Assembly (NCBI GenBank): GCA_964632785.1
Contig: CAZWEU010000004.1
Coordinates: 791-64,790, forward strand
DNA length: 64,000 nt
Reading direction: 5' to 3'
Origin: an uncultured Lachnospiraceae bacterium
Lineage (GTDB): Bacteria; Bacillota; Clostridia; Eubacteriales; Eubacteriaceae
The notes below the pieces were generated by a model. It worked only from the letters and a program-made list of their open reading frames with translations. It searched no databases and was not told where the DNA came from. The position numbers and the translations under genes were made by a program. Below, one piece after another: positions 8,995 through 17,754 of this stretch. How positions within the stretch are numbered: the stretch's first letter is position 1; every line of letters starts with the position of its first letter.

Positions 8995-9376
8995 AAACTC
9001 GGAAATTATTGCCCGTATGACGGGACTGCTCTATCCCTTTATCATTTTGTTTGGCTTTTACATCATTCTAAATGGTCATAAAAGCCCCGGCGGTGGTTTT
9101 CAAGGCGGGGCGATTTTAGCTGCTGTTTTTGTTATCCGTTATTTGGCTGAGCCGGACCAATTCCTTAAGCTTAAAAGCCTTCGGGTCTTTGAAAAAGTTC
9201 TTTTTCTGGCGATTATTCTTTATCCTAGCCTCTTTTTACTATCGACCGGGCCACAAGATTCTGAGCTAATAAATCTAATTTATCTGATTGCCATGAATTT
9301 TTTAATCGGCCTCAAGGTTTGTAGTGGCTTTATGATTATTTTTTTTCGCTTTATTTTTTATGAAGGAGGCATTTAA
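8987..9376 (+). CDS. mnhB: Mrp/Mnh subunit B (MbhF-like)
   Basis: GHKSPGGGFQGG motif. Confidence 0.92.
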   Translation: MTKNSEIIARMTGLLYPFIILFGFYIILNGHKSPGGGFQGGAILAAVFVIRYLAEPDQFLKLKSLRVFEKVLFLAIILYPSLFLLSTGPQDSELINLIYLIAMNFLIGLKVCSGFMIIFFRFIFYEGGI

Positions 9377-9724
9377 ATGAATCTAATAAATGGTGAAACA
9401 ATCAGTTTGGTCCTCTTTTTTATCGGGGTCTACGGTCTGATTGCCAGACGTAATATTATTAAATCGATCATGTCCATTAGCATTATGCAAGTTGCCATTA
9501 TCCTTTACTTTATTTCTAGCGAGCCGGGTAGTCTGGCCCCGATCGGAGACTTGTCTGGCCTTGGCCCAATTGCTGACCCCCTTCCCCAAGCCCTGATGAT
9601 CACCGAGATTGTCATTGGCATCGGCGTCACTGCCGCCAGCCTGATTCTCTTTATCCATCTTTACCATCAATATGGCACTAGCAATTGGGAAAAAGTTAAA
9701 AAGAAAAGGAAAGACCATGATTAG
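9377..9724 (+). CDS. mnhC: Mrp/Mnh subunit C (MbhG-like)
   Basis: RRNIIKSI, DPLPQALMITEIVIG motifs. Confidence 0.92.
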   Translation: MNLINGETISLVLFFIGVYGLIARRNIIKSIMSISIMQVAIILYFISSEPGSLAPIGDLSGLGPIADPLPQALMITEIVIGIGVTAASLILFIHLYHQYGTSNWEKVKKKRKDHD

Positions 9725-11318
9725 TTTACATTGGCTTATTTTACTACCCCTTATTATGGGCGTCCTTAGCCTCTTCATACCGGCGAAATTTTCTAACCCT
9801 CTCATTCTGATCTTTCAGCTCACTTTAATGCTTTTGATTAGCCGCATCTTTTTAGCCGTCCGCCAAAGCGGGGATTTAATCGAGCACATTGGTGGCTGGC
9901 CACCAACCGTTGGCATTAGCTTAAGGGCCGATACCTTGGCCTCAGCCATGGTTCTTTTAACCTGCTTTTTGTTTTTGATGATGCTAATCTTTGTTAGCAA
10001 AAAAACCTATGCTGATTCTCATTTTTACTTTCTTTTTTTGACCCTGCAAGCCTTGATGATCGGGATTTTTTTATCCAACGATTTATTTAATATCTTTGTT
10101 CTGATCGAAGCGGCCACCTTAGTCGTCACCTTACTAATTCTTTATAAGAAAGAAAATCTGGCCATTTACGATGGGATTGTCTATTTTTTAATCAACACGG
10201 TGGCCATGGCTTTTTTCCTGCTCGGTCTGGGCATCCTTTACAAAAAGATTGGTGTGGTCGATTTTTTTGCCATTGAATCACAGCTTTCTAAGGTCCAAGA
10301 TGGGCAAAGCCTGATCCTCCCCTATGCCTTTTTGATCACCGCTGTCAGCTTAAAAGCTGCCCTGATGCCGCTTTTTTCTTGGCTGCCCAAGGCCCATGGT
10401 ACGCCAAGCGCCCCCTCGGTCGTCTCGGCCATCCTGTCCGGTCTTTACGTCAAGATGGGCATCTATTTGTTTCTCCGTCTGCAAACGGCCTTCTCACCAC
10501 TTATCGACACTTCCGAACTTTTTTTAATTATCGGCTTTATCACGGCCATAATTGGCTTTTTGCTGGCCTTGGCCCAAACAGATATTAAATTAATTTTAGC
10601 CTACAGCACGATTTCTCAGATTGGCCTGATTATGATCGGTGTCAATATGGGCAGTCCCCAAGCCTATTGGGGTGGCCTTTACCATATTATCAATCATGCC
10701 ATTTTTAAGTCCACCCTTTTTCTAACTGCCGGCATGATCATTAGTGCCTATAAAACGCGTGATATTGCTCAGATCAAAGGGGTCCTTCGGCAGATGCCGG
10801 TGGTCGGTCTGGCCACCATTATTTCAATTCTTGGCATTACCGGAGCCCCCCTCTTTAATGGCAGCATTTCCAAATACCTGATTAGCTCCGGGACGGTCGA
10901 AGCCTGGATCGAGTATGGTTTGATGGTCATTAACTTGGGTACTATTATCTTATTTATTAAGTATGGTCGGATGCTCTTTGGTGACACTCAGAAAAAAGCT
11001 ATCGGCCTTAGTAAAACCCGTGAGAATACTGTCGTATTGCTTCTAAGCCTCGTTTCTTTTGCCGGTGGTATTTTTGCCAGCACCTTCGTTCAATTGCTTT
11101 TTAATATTGATGTTTCGGTTAATCTTTTATCCTATGGGGTAAAGGCCCTGCTTTTTGTCGGCTCTTTACTGGTCGGCATGGTCATTTATTATGCCTTGAT
11201 TAAAAAGAAAAATTATTTTACCATCGTCAATGCCTTCGAGCTCGGCTTTAATGAGGCCTGTCTGTCGATTACCTTGTTTTTTGCCTTTATCTTTATTTAT
11301 TTAAGGATCACCATCTAA
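9717..11318 (+). CDS. mnhD: Mrp/Mnh subunit D (MbhH/NuoM-N-like proton-conducting subunit)
   Basis: DLFNIFVLIE, WLPKAH, LAYSTISQIG, NHAIFKS; start ATG 9717 overlaps the mnhC end. Confidence 0.92.
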   Translation: MISLHWLILLPLIMGVLSLFIPAKFSNPLILIFQLTLMLLISRIFLAVRQSGDLIEHIGGWPPTVGISLRADTLASAMVLLTCFLFLMMLIFVSKKTYADSHFYFLFLTLQALMIGIFLSNDLFNIFVLIEAATLVVTLLILYKKENLAIYDGIVYFLINTVAMAFFLLGLGILYKKIGVVDFFAIESQLSKVQDGQSLILPYAFLITAVSLKAALMPLFSWLPKAHGTPSAPSVVSAILSGLYVKMGIYLFLRLQTAFSPLIDTSELFLIIGFITAIIGFLLALAQTDIKLILAYSTISQIGLIMIGVNMGSPQAYWGGLYHIINHAIFKSTLFLTAGMIISAYKTRDIAQIKGVLRQMPVVGLATIISILGITGAPLFNGSISKYLISSGTVEAWIEYGLMVINLGTIILFIKYGRMLFGDTQKKAIGLSKTRENTVVLLLSLVSFAGGIFASTFVQLLFNIDVSVNLLSYGVKALLFVGSLLVGMVIYYALIKKKNYFTIVNAFELGFNEACLSITLFFAFIFIYLRITI

Positions 11319-11379
11319 AAACAAAATTTTATATACATTAAATCGAATCCATGCTATTATTAAATCAATTAAATAGCGC

Positions 11380-11531
11380 TTCATTTAGATTAAATCACTA
11401 CTAGGGAATCTGGTTAAAATCCAGAACGAACCGGTCACTGTGATTAGTTAGGTCTTCTTATTTCGCCACTGGGATCAGCCTGGGAAGGCAAGAAGAATAT
11501 AAGCTATCAGTCAGGACACCTGCTAAATGAA
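11380..11531 (+). ncRNA. Cobalamin (AdoCbl) riboswitch aptamer
   Basis: AGGGAA-TCTGG-TTAAAAT-CCAGA, ACTGTG, GCCACTG...GGGAAGGC, B12-box AGTCAGGACACCTGC; P1 TTCATTTAG/CTAAATGAA; upstream of an FecCD-type ABC transporter. Confidence 0.9.
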
Positions 11532-11626
11532 AATATTACGATATCCTTCCAGGAAAAAGGAAATGTGTGAAATTGATGAATAGAACTTTTATAAAATTTT
11601 TATAAAAGTGATCTTTTTGTTTAATC

Positions 11627-11671
11627 AGCCAGCCCCTTTTATGTCATGATAAAAGGGGCTGGCTTTATTTT
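11627..11671 (+). terminator. Riboswitch expression-platform terminator
   Basis: 16-bp stem AGCCAGCCCCTTTTAT/ATAAAAGGGGCTGGCT followed by TTATTTT. Confidence 0.85.
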
Positions 11672-11720
11672 AGGTCATCATCTTTTCCGGTTTGATATAA
11701 TAAAAATTTTAGGAGAAAAA

Positions 11721-11804
11721 ATGAAAAAGATGAAGAAATGGTCTGTTTTACTTATACTCTTATTTTCAATCACCGATATTGCATCCCTGCCTTCCTTTAA
11801 GTAA
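11721..11804 (+). pseudogene. 27-aa relic of an ABC substrate-binding protein gene (signal peptide joined to C-terminus)
   Basis: AGGAG SD; MKKMKKWSVLLILLFSITDIASLPSFK; both ends match the SBP at 13715-14818. Confidence 0.65.
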
Positions 11805-11809
11805 GAGGT

Positions 11810-12865
11810 GTGTCTTTGAATACTCAATTAGTTAATGATTATAAGAAAAAAAGTCTTTACCAGAAGTTGTTTTTACTACTACTGCTTGTTTTAGTATTCG
11901 CTTCGATTGCCATGGGGCTTTCGATTGGTGCCATTGATATTTCCATAAAAGAAATCGGCTCGGTTTTGTTTGAAGCCATCCGGGGTCTTGACCCTGCTGA
12001 TAAAGGACTTAGTAATATTATTATTCAAGTTCGGCTGTCACGCATCTTATCAGGCCTTGTGGTCGGCATGTCACTGGGAGTTGGTGGCCTGATCATGCAG
12101 TTAATTCTGCAAAATCCAATGGCTTCTCCTTTTACGCTGGGAATCTCATCGGGAGCTGGACTAGGTGCTGCCTTGGCCATTCTTTTCCCCCTACCCATGC
12201 TTGCTTTTGCCGGAAAATATGTTATCGTTCTCTATGCCTTCGCTTTTTCTGTCGGGGTCAGTTTTTTAATTCTCCTGCTGGCAAGATGGCAAGGGAGTAC
12301 GCCCCGAAATTTAATTTTAGCCGGCATCGCCATTATGAACTTTTTTAACGCCATTACGACCTTACTTACTTACTTTGCTGATGTTTATGCTACCAGAGAA
12401 ATCATATTTTGGCGGGTGGGAACCTTAGGTAAATCGGATTGGGAAAGCTTAACCATTATGGCTGTCATTTTTATCATCATCTTTCCATTTTTATTTTTTA
12501 AAGCCGATGCCATCAATAAGATGGCCTTGGGTGATGAGGTCGCCAAAAGTTTTGGGGTTGAAGTGAAGCGAACCCGATTTGTTTTGATGATTGCCGTCTC
12601 CCTCCTGGTCGCCTCAGCAACTGCCTTTACCGGGATGATCGCTTTTATTGGCCTTGTCGTTCCCCACGTCATGCGAATGATTTTGGGGACCGATAGTCGC
12701 TACCTAATTCCCGCTTCCGCCCTAGGCGGGGCCCTCTTACTGATTATCGCCGACACCATTGCTCTTAATATCATCGCTCCGATTGTTTTACCCGTTGGCG
12801 TCTTGACAGCCTTTATTGGTTCCCCACTGTTTATTTACATGATTGTTGCACAAAAAAGGAGATAA
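11810..12865 (+). CDS. FecCD/BtuC-family ABC permease (likely corrinoid uptake)
   Basis: LQNPMASPFTLGISSGA, LGDEVAKSFGV, GMIAFIGLVVPH. Confidence 0.92.
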   Translation: MSLNTQLVNDYKKKSLYQKLFLLLLLVLVFASIAMGLSIGAIDISIKEIGSVLFEAIRGLDPADKGLSNIIIQVRLSRILSGLVVGMSLGVGGLIMQLILQNPMASPFTLGISSGAGLGAALAILFPLPMLAFAGKYVIVLYAFAFSVGVSFLILLLARWQGSTPRNLILAGIAIMNFFNAITTLLTYFADVYATREIIFWRVGTLGKSDWESLTIMAVIFIIIFPFLFFKADAINKMALGDEVAKSFGVEVKRTRFVLMIAVSLLVASATAFTGMIAFIGLVVPHVMRMILGTDSRYLIPASALGGALLLIIADTIALNIIAPIVLPVGVLTAFIGSPLFIYMIVAQKRR

Positions 12866-12867
12866 AA

Positions 12868-13671
12868 ATGTCTGAAAAAACTTTACCATCTGTCGATACA
12901 ATCAAACTCGATAAAATCTCGTTTGCCTATGGGAAAGAGACTGTCCTAGAAAATATTTCCATGGATATTCACCCGGGAACCTTTACCATCATCATTGGAC
13001 CAAATGGAGCGGGAAAATCAACTTTATTAAAATGTGCCAATCAACTCTTAAGAAAGTATCAGGGGCAAATTCAGATGGGCGAAAGCGATTTCCAAAAATT
13101 ACGCTACCAAGAAGTCTCTCGCTATATCGGATATGTCCCGCAAAATTACCAAACCTTATTTTCAATGAGTGTTTTTGACAGTATTTTACTGGGCCTGGAA
13201 AAAAAATCGTCCCTTTCTTATTCACAAGCAGAATTAGAAAAAGTCAGTCATCTTCTCGACCAATTGGAACTCGGCCCTATGGCCAACCGGCCGATCGATC
13301 AATTAAGCGGTGGCCAGCAGCAACGGGTCACCATTGCCCGGGCCCTGGTTAAAGAGCCGCCTTTTCTCTTTATGGATGAGCCCACCAGTGGCCTGGATAT
13401 TAAAACCCAGCGCGATGTTATGTTTTTTTTAAAGAAACTGACAAAAAGCCAAAATATTGGTGTTTTAACGATCGTCCACGATATTAATTTAGCGGCCGAA
13501 TTGGCCGATAAAATCATCATCTTAAAAGAAGGAAAAATGCTTGCCAAAGGAAAACCAGAGGACGTCATTAGACCGGACATTATTAAAGATGCCTTTGAAG
13601 TGGATAATAAAATTATTTCCCATCAGAGCAAACCCCATGTCCTGATTAATGATGAAAACTGGGTTAATTAA
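12868..13671 (+). CDS. FecE/BtuD-family ABC ATPase
   Basis: GPNGAGKST, LSGGQQQRV, DEPTSGLD, HDINLA. Confidence 0.93.
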   Translation: MSEKTLPSVDTIKLDKISFAYGKETVLENISMDIHPGTFTIIIGPNGAGKSTLLKCANQLLRKYQGQIQMGESDFQKLRYQEVSRYIGYVPQNYQTLFSMSVFDSILLGLEKKSSLSYSQAELEKVSHLLDQLELGPMANRPIDQLSGGQQQRVTIARALVKEPPFLFMDEPTSGLDIKTQRDVMFFLKKLTKSQNIGVLTIVHDINLAAELADKIIILKEGKMLAKGKPEDVIRPDIIKDAFEVDNKIISHQSKPHVLINDENWVN

Positions 13672-13714
13672 TAGATAAATCCTTAATTTTGAAAGAATTC
13701 CTGAGGAGGAAAAA

Positions 13715-14818
13715 ATGAAAAAGTTGTCAATTTTACTCGTAATTGTAGTCATGTTTTCAATCACACTCATAGGCTGCCAAACCCCTGAAGCAAAAAAAGA
13801 AGACCTACAAGCAGAAACAAGCACTACCGTTACCGACATGCTCGGACGCGAAGTCGAATTACCGGCTGAAATTAACACCATTGCCACCCCTAATGTCGAT
13901 GCCTTTCGCATCATTCTTCAATTGGGGGCCCAAGATAAACTAGTCGGTGCGCCTAGTGATATGTATGATTCAAAGTATTCCGATGTCGATACCATCGAAG
14001 TTCGGGCTTGGCCGGAGGTCAAGGAAGTTGAAAAAGTTGGCGGCGGAAGACCCGGCTCAGAAATCAATGTTGAAAGCCTGATTAAGCTCAATCCCGATGT
14101 CATCATCACTTGGGGTTCAGGTGGAAGTGGCACTGACATTGATGCTGCCGACCTCTTACAAGAAAAAACAATGATCCCTGTCCTTTGCATCAATAATTTT
14201 GCCCAAGGACGATCAGGTAGTGTCGAAGCCGTCGAAACTGCTTATACGATGATGGGCAAAGTCACCGGCAACGAAAAAAAAGCTACTGAACTGGTCGATT
14301 ATTATAAAGCTGAAACAGAAGCACTCACTTCAACCATTGAAGAAAACAGCCCGGAACCAGCTCGTTTTTATATGTCCGGACCTGGAACCATTTTAGGTGC
14401 TAATAATTCTTATCTTCCCCTCAAGCAATTAGGTCTGGAGAATGTTGCCTTGGAAATGGGTGAAAATGGTGGCGATGTCACAAAAGAGCAATTGATTGCT
14501 TGGAATCCTTCACTTATTTTTATGCATACCCCTTCAAAAGTTCATCGCGTGAAAGATGAAGAACTTGAAGATCCGATCCTTGCGCCAATTGCTGCCATTG
14601 AAAACGACCAAATTTATCGGCTAAAAGGCACTTACATGGGTTGGGATATAGCGACCGGACTGATTGATTCCAACATCATCGCCAAAGCTGCTTATCCTAC
14701 TTTATTTGCTGATATTGATATGGACAAAAAGGGCGAAGAAATTCTTAGCACTTTTTATAATACTGAGGGCTTGTACACCCCACTAAAAGAGGGTTCTGAC
14801 CTTCCTTCCTTTAAATAG
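13715..14818 (+). CDS. BtuF/TroA-like substrate-binding lipoprotein
   Basis: Lipobox LIGC, TVTDMLGREV, NVESLIKLNPDVII. Confidence 0.88.
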   Translation: MKKLSILLVIVVMFSITLIGCQTPEAKKEDLQAETSTTVTDMLGREVELPAEINTIATPNVDAFRIILQLGAQDKLVGAPSDMYDSKYSDVDTIEVRAWPEVKEVEKVGGGRPGSEINVESLIKLNPDVIITWGSGGSGTDIDAADLLQEKTMIPVLCINNFAQGRSGSVEAVETAYTMMGKVTGNEKKATELVDYYKAETEALTSTIEENSPEPARFYMSGPGTILGANNSYLPLKQLGLENVALEMGENGGDVTKEQLIAWNPSLIFMHTPSKVHRVKDEELEDPILAPIAAIENDQIYRLKGTYMGWDIATGLIDSNIIAKAAYPTLFADIDMDKKGEEILSTFYNTEGLYTPLKEGSDLPSFK

Positions 14819-14845
14819 TCCATTTAAATTTCTTGATATATAACA

Positions 14846-14879
14846 ATAAAGCCCCTGCTCTTTTGAGCAGGGGCTTTAT
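14846..14879. terminator. Bidirectional terminator between the ABC operon and metG
   Basis: Perfect 15-bp stem ATAAAGCCCCTGCTC/GAGCAGGGGCTTTAT between convergent genes. Confidence 0.85.
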
Positions 14880-14890
14880 CTTACCACTAT

Positions 14891-16822
14891 TTATGATACT
14901 TTCCCACCGGAGGCAATGCCGTCAACCGTCACCAGCGATAATTTCTTCCCCTTGGTGGCCGCTAGGATCATGCCATTAGAGGTCACTCCTCGCAATTCCA
15001 CCGGCTTTAGATTAGCCACCAGAACGACCATTTTCCCGACGAGGTCAGCCGGTGCGTAGTATTTAGCAATACCCGAAACCACCTGGCGTTCTTCTTTACC
15101 CACCTGGACTTTTAAAACGAGCAGTCGCTCCGCATCAGGGTGGGGCTCACAGGCAATAACCTCGGCCACCCGTAATTGCAGCTTGGCAAAGTCATCAATA
15201 CTAATTAAGCCTTCCGGCAATTTTTCCGGGTCTTTCTGACTCACTTTTTCAGTCTCTTTCTTTGCTTTTTTAGACTCTTCTTTTTTCACCAGGTCAATAC
15301 GGGGGAATAAAGGCTGCCACCGCTTAACAAAGACGCCCTCGGGATAGGCCCCAAAGCCTTGGATACTGTCCCAAGTTAGGTAGTCTTCACCTATATTGAG
15401 CTGGATCGCCATTGTCGCAGCCGTCTTGGGCATAAAGGCTTTAATTAAAACCGTAATAATCCGCAGACTTTCGGTTAAAACATACATAACCTGGGCCAGG
15501 CGGTCTTTTTGACTGGGATCCTTACCTAAGATCCAGGGCTGGGTTTCATCGATGTATTTATTAGCGCGTGAGACTAATTTCCAAATCTCTTCCAGGGCCC
15601 GGCTAAAATCAAGCTTATTCATATAATCTTCAACCCGCTTAGGGGTTTGAGTGGCTAGGGTAATTAATTCCTGGTCAAATTGGCCGCTTTCTTTTTGTTG
15701 GGGAATGATTCCGTCAAAATACTTGTCGGTCATGGCCAGGGTCCGACTCAAAAGATTGCCTAGGTCATTGGCCAGGTCGGAATTAATATGGCTGACTAAA
15801 AGGTCTTCATTATAAATCCCATCCGACCCATAGGTCATCTCCCGCAAGACATGGTAGCGCAAGGCATCGACCCCATATTTGTCAACTAAGACGACCGGAT
15901 CGACCACATTGCCCACTGATTTTGACATTTTTCCCCCTTTTAAGAGGATCCAGCCATGGCCATAAATCTCTTTTGGTAGGGGCAGGTCAAGGGCCATTAA
16001 AATAATCGGCCAATAAATAGTATGGAAGCGAATAATATCCTTACCGACTAAATGGACATCAGCCGGCCAGAACTTTTTCATTAAATCCGGCTTATCATTT
16101 AAATAACCCAGGGCCGAGATATAATTGGGCAGGGCATCGATCCAGACATAAACGACATGGCCGGGATCAAAGTCGACCGGCACCCCCCAAGAAAAAGAGC
16201 TACGGGACACACAAAGATCGTGCAGGCCGGGTTTAATGAAGTTATTGACCATCTCATTGCGCCGCGATTTTGGTTGAATAAAATCAGGGTTATCATCGAT
16301 ATGTTGCATTAATCGATCAGCATATTTGGACATTTTAAAAAAGTAGGCTTCTTCTGAGGCTTGCTCGACCGGACGACCACAATCCGGGCAATTCCCATCC
16401 ACTAATTGACCCTCGTTCCAAAAGGATTCACAGGGGGTACAGTAGAGGCCTTCATAATTCGACTTGTAAATATCCCCTTGGTCATAGAGCTTTTTAAAGA
16501 TCCGCTGGATCGTCTTTTGGTGGTCGGGGTCGGTGGTCCGGATAAATTGGTCGTAGGCGATATCCATGGTATCCCACAGGCTTTTAATCCCCTCGACGAC
16601 CCCATCGACATAGGCCTGTGGGGCTAACCCGGCTTCCTTAGCCGCATTTTCAATCTTTTGGCCATGCTCATCGGTTCCGGTTAAAAAATAGGTCTCATAG
16701 CCCTGAAGTTTTTTAAAACGGGTAATCGTATCGGCTGCTACCGTCGTATAGGTATGGCCGATGTGGAGGCTGCCACTGGGATAATAAATCGGGGTTGTGA
16801 TATAGAATGTTTTTTCTAACAT
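14891..16822 (-). CDS. metG: Methionine--tRNA ligase
   Basis: FYITTPIYY, HIGH, KMSKS, C-terminal tRNA-binding OB domain. Confidence 0.97.
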   Translation of the reverse strand: MLEKTFYITTPIYYPSGSLHIGHTYTTVAADTITRFKKLQGYETYFLTGTDEHGQKIENAAKEAGLAPQAYVDGVVEGIKSLWDTMDIAYDQFIRTTDPDHQKTIQRIFKKLYDQGDIYKSNYEGLYCTPCESFWNEGQLVDGNCPDCGRPVEQASEEAYFFKMSKYADRLMQHIDDNPDFIQPKSRRNEMVNNFIKPGLHDLCVSRSSFSWGVPVDFDPGHVVYVWIDALPNYISALGYLNDKPDLMKKFWPADVHLVGKDIIRFHTIYWPIILMALDLPLPKEIYGHGWILLKGGKMSKSVGNVVDPVVLVDKYGVDALRYHVLREMTYGSDGIYNEDLLVSHINSDLANDLGNLLSRTLAMTDKYFDGIIPQQKESGQFDQELITLATQTPKRVEDYMNKLDFSRALEEIWKLVSRANKYIDETQPWILGKDPSQKDRLAQVMYVLTESLRIITVLIKAFMPKTAATMAIQLNIGEDYLTWDSIQGFGAYPEGVFVKRWQPLFPRIDLVKKEESKKAKKETEKVSQKDPEKLPEGLISIDDFAKLQLRVAEVIACEPHPDAERLLVLKVQVGKEERQVVSGIAKYYAPADLVGKMVVLVANLKPVELRGVTSNGMILAATKGKKLSLVTVDGIASGGKVS

Positions 16823-16847
16823 GCTTTCTCCTTTTTACTTTTGTCTC

Positions 16848-16900
16848 AAAAAAAGATCTTGTCCCCTATAAGGACGAAGATCTTGTCTTTCCACCTGTTC
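16848..16900 (-). promoter_or_regulatory. T-box-like antiterminator/terminator element before metG
   Basis: Minus strand AACAGGTGGAAAGAC...CGTCCT, then hairpin AAGATCTTcGTCCT-TATA-GGGGACAAGATC plus T7. Confidence 0.5.
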
Positions 16901-16917
16901 GAGTTCTCTATCGCCTC

Positions 16918-17754
16918 TTATCGTTTGACCTGATTATAAACATCCCGCCGTGAGAGGCCGCGTTCTTTGGCCACTTGTCTCATGGCTTCTTTTTCGGCCA
17001 TCCCCTCTTTCACATAGAAATCAAACTGTTCTTCGAGACTGATGTTTTTTGTTTTCTCATTTTGGCCGGCCACTTGTTCAGCTTTTGTTTGGCCTTCAAT
17101 ACAAAGAACAAATTCCCCCCTTGGTTGATTATCAACATAATATAAGACCTGCTGGCTAATGGTCCCATGGCGGGTTTCTTCATAACGCTTGGTTAATTCC
17201 CGTGAAACACTGACTTGGCGGTGGCCCAGGCCAGCTTTTTCAAGATTGGCCAAGGTCTTTTTCAGGCGGTGGGGCGATTCATATAAGACGAGGGTATAAG
17301 GGGATTTTCTAATCGCCTCAATCCCCTCCTGATAGGTTTTTGAATCCTTATCCAAAAAACCAAGAAACAAAAAGCGCCTGGTATCAAGGCCTGATAGGGC
17401 CAAGGCTGAAATCCCGGCACTAGCCCCAGGAATGACTTCCATGGGAATCCCCGCTTGGACACAGGCTTTAATCAGGACCGAGCCGGGATCGGAGATCAGG
17501 GGCATGCCGGCATCGGAAATCAGGGCGATGGTCTGACCCTTTTTTAAGTGATCGATTAATTTTTCGCTTGCTTGGACTTCATTGTGGTCGTGGTAAGCCA
17601 TCATCTTGGTTTTGATGGCAAAGTGATTTAAGAGTTTGATCGAATGCCGGGTATCCTCAGCGGCAATCAGGTCGACCTTTCTTAAGGTCTCTAGGGCCCG
17701 AAGGCTAATGTCGTCTAAATTTCCAATCGGGGTGGCAACAATGTATAATCTCAT
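16918..17754 (-). CDS. rsmI: 16S rRNA C1402 2'-O-methyltransferase
   Basis: LYIVATPIGNL, AEDTR, SDAGMPLISDPG, YESPHR, RELTK. Confidence 0.96.
   Translation of the reverse strand: MRLYIVATPIGNLDDISLRALETLRKVDLIAAEDTRHSIKLLNHFAIKTKMMAYHDHNEVQASEKLIDHLKKGQTIALISDAGMPLISDPGSVLIKACVQAGIPMEVIPGASAGISALALSGLDTRRFLFLGFLDKDSKTYQEGIEAIRKSPYTLVLYESPHRLKKTLANLEKAGLGHRQVSVSRELTKRYEETRHGTISQQVLYYVDNQPRGEFVLCIEGQTKAEQVAGQNEKTKNISLEEQFDFYVKEGMAEKEAMRQVAKERGLSRRDVYNQVKR

Noticed and set aside
17194..17209. parS-like TAATTCCCGTGAAACA in rsmI
   Set aside because: Three mismatches in one half-site, inside coding sequence
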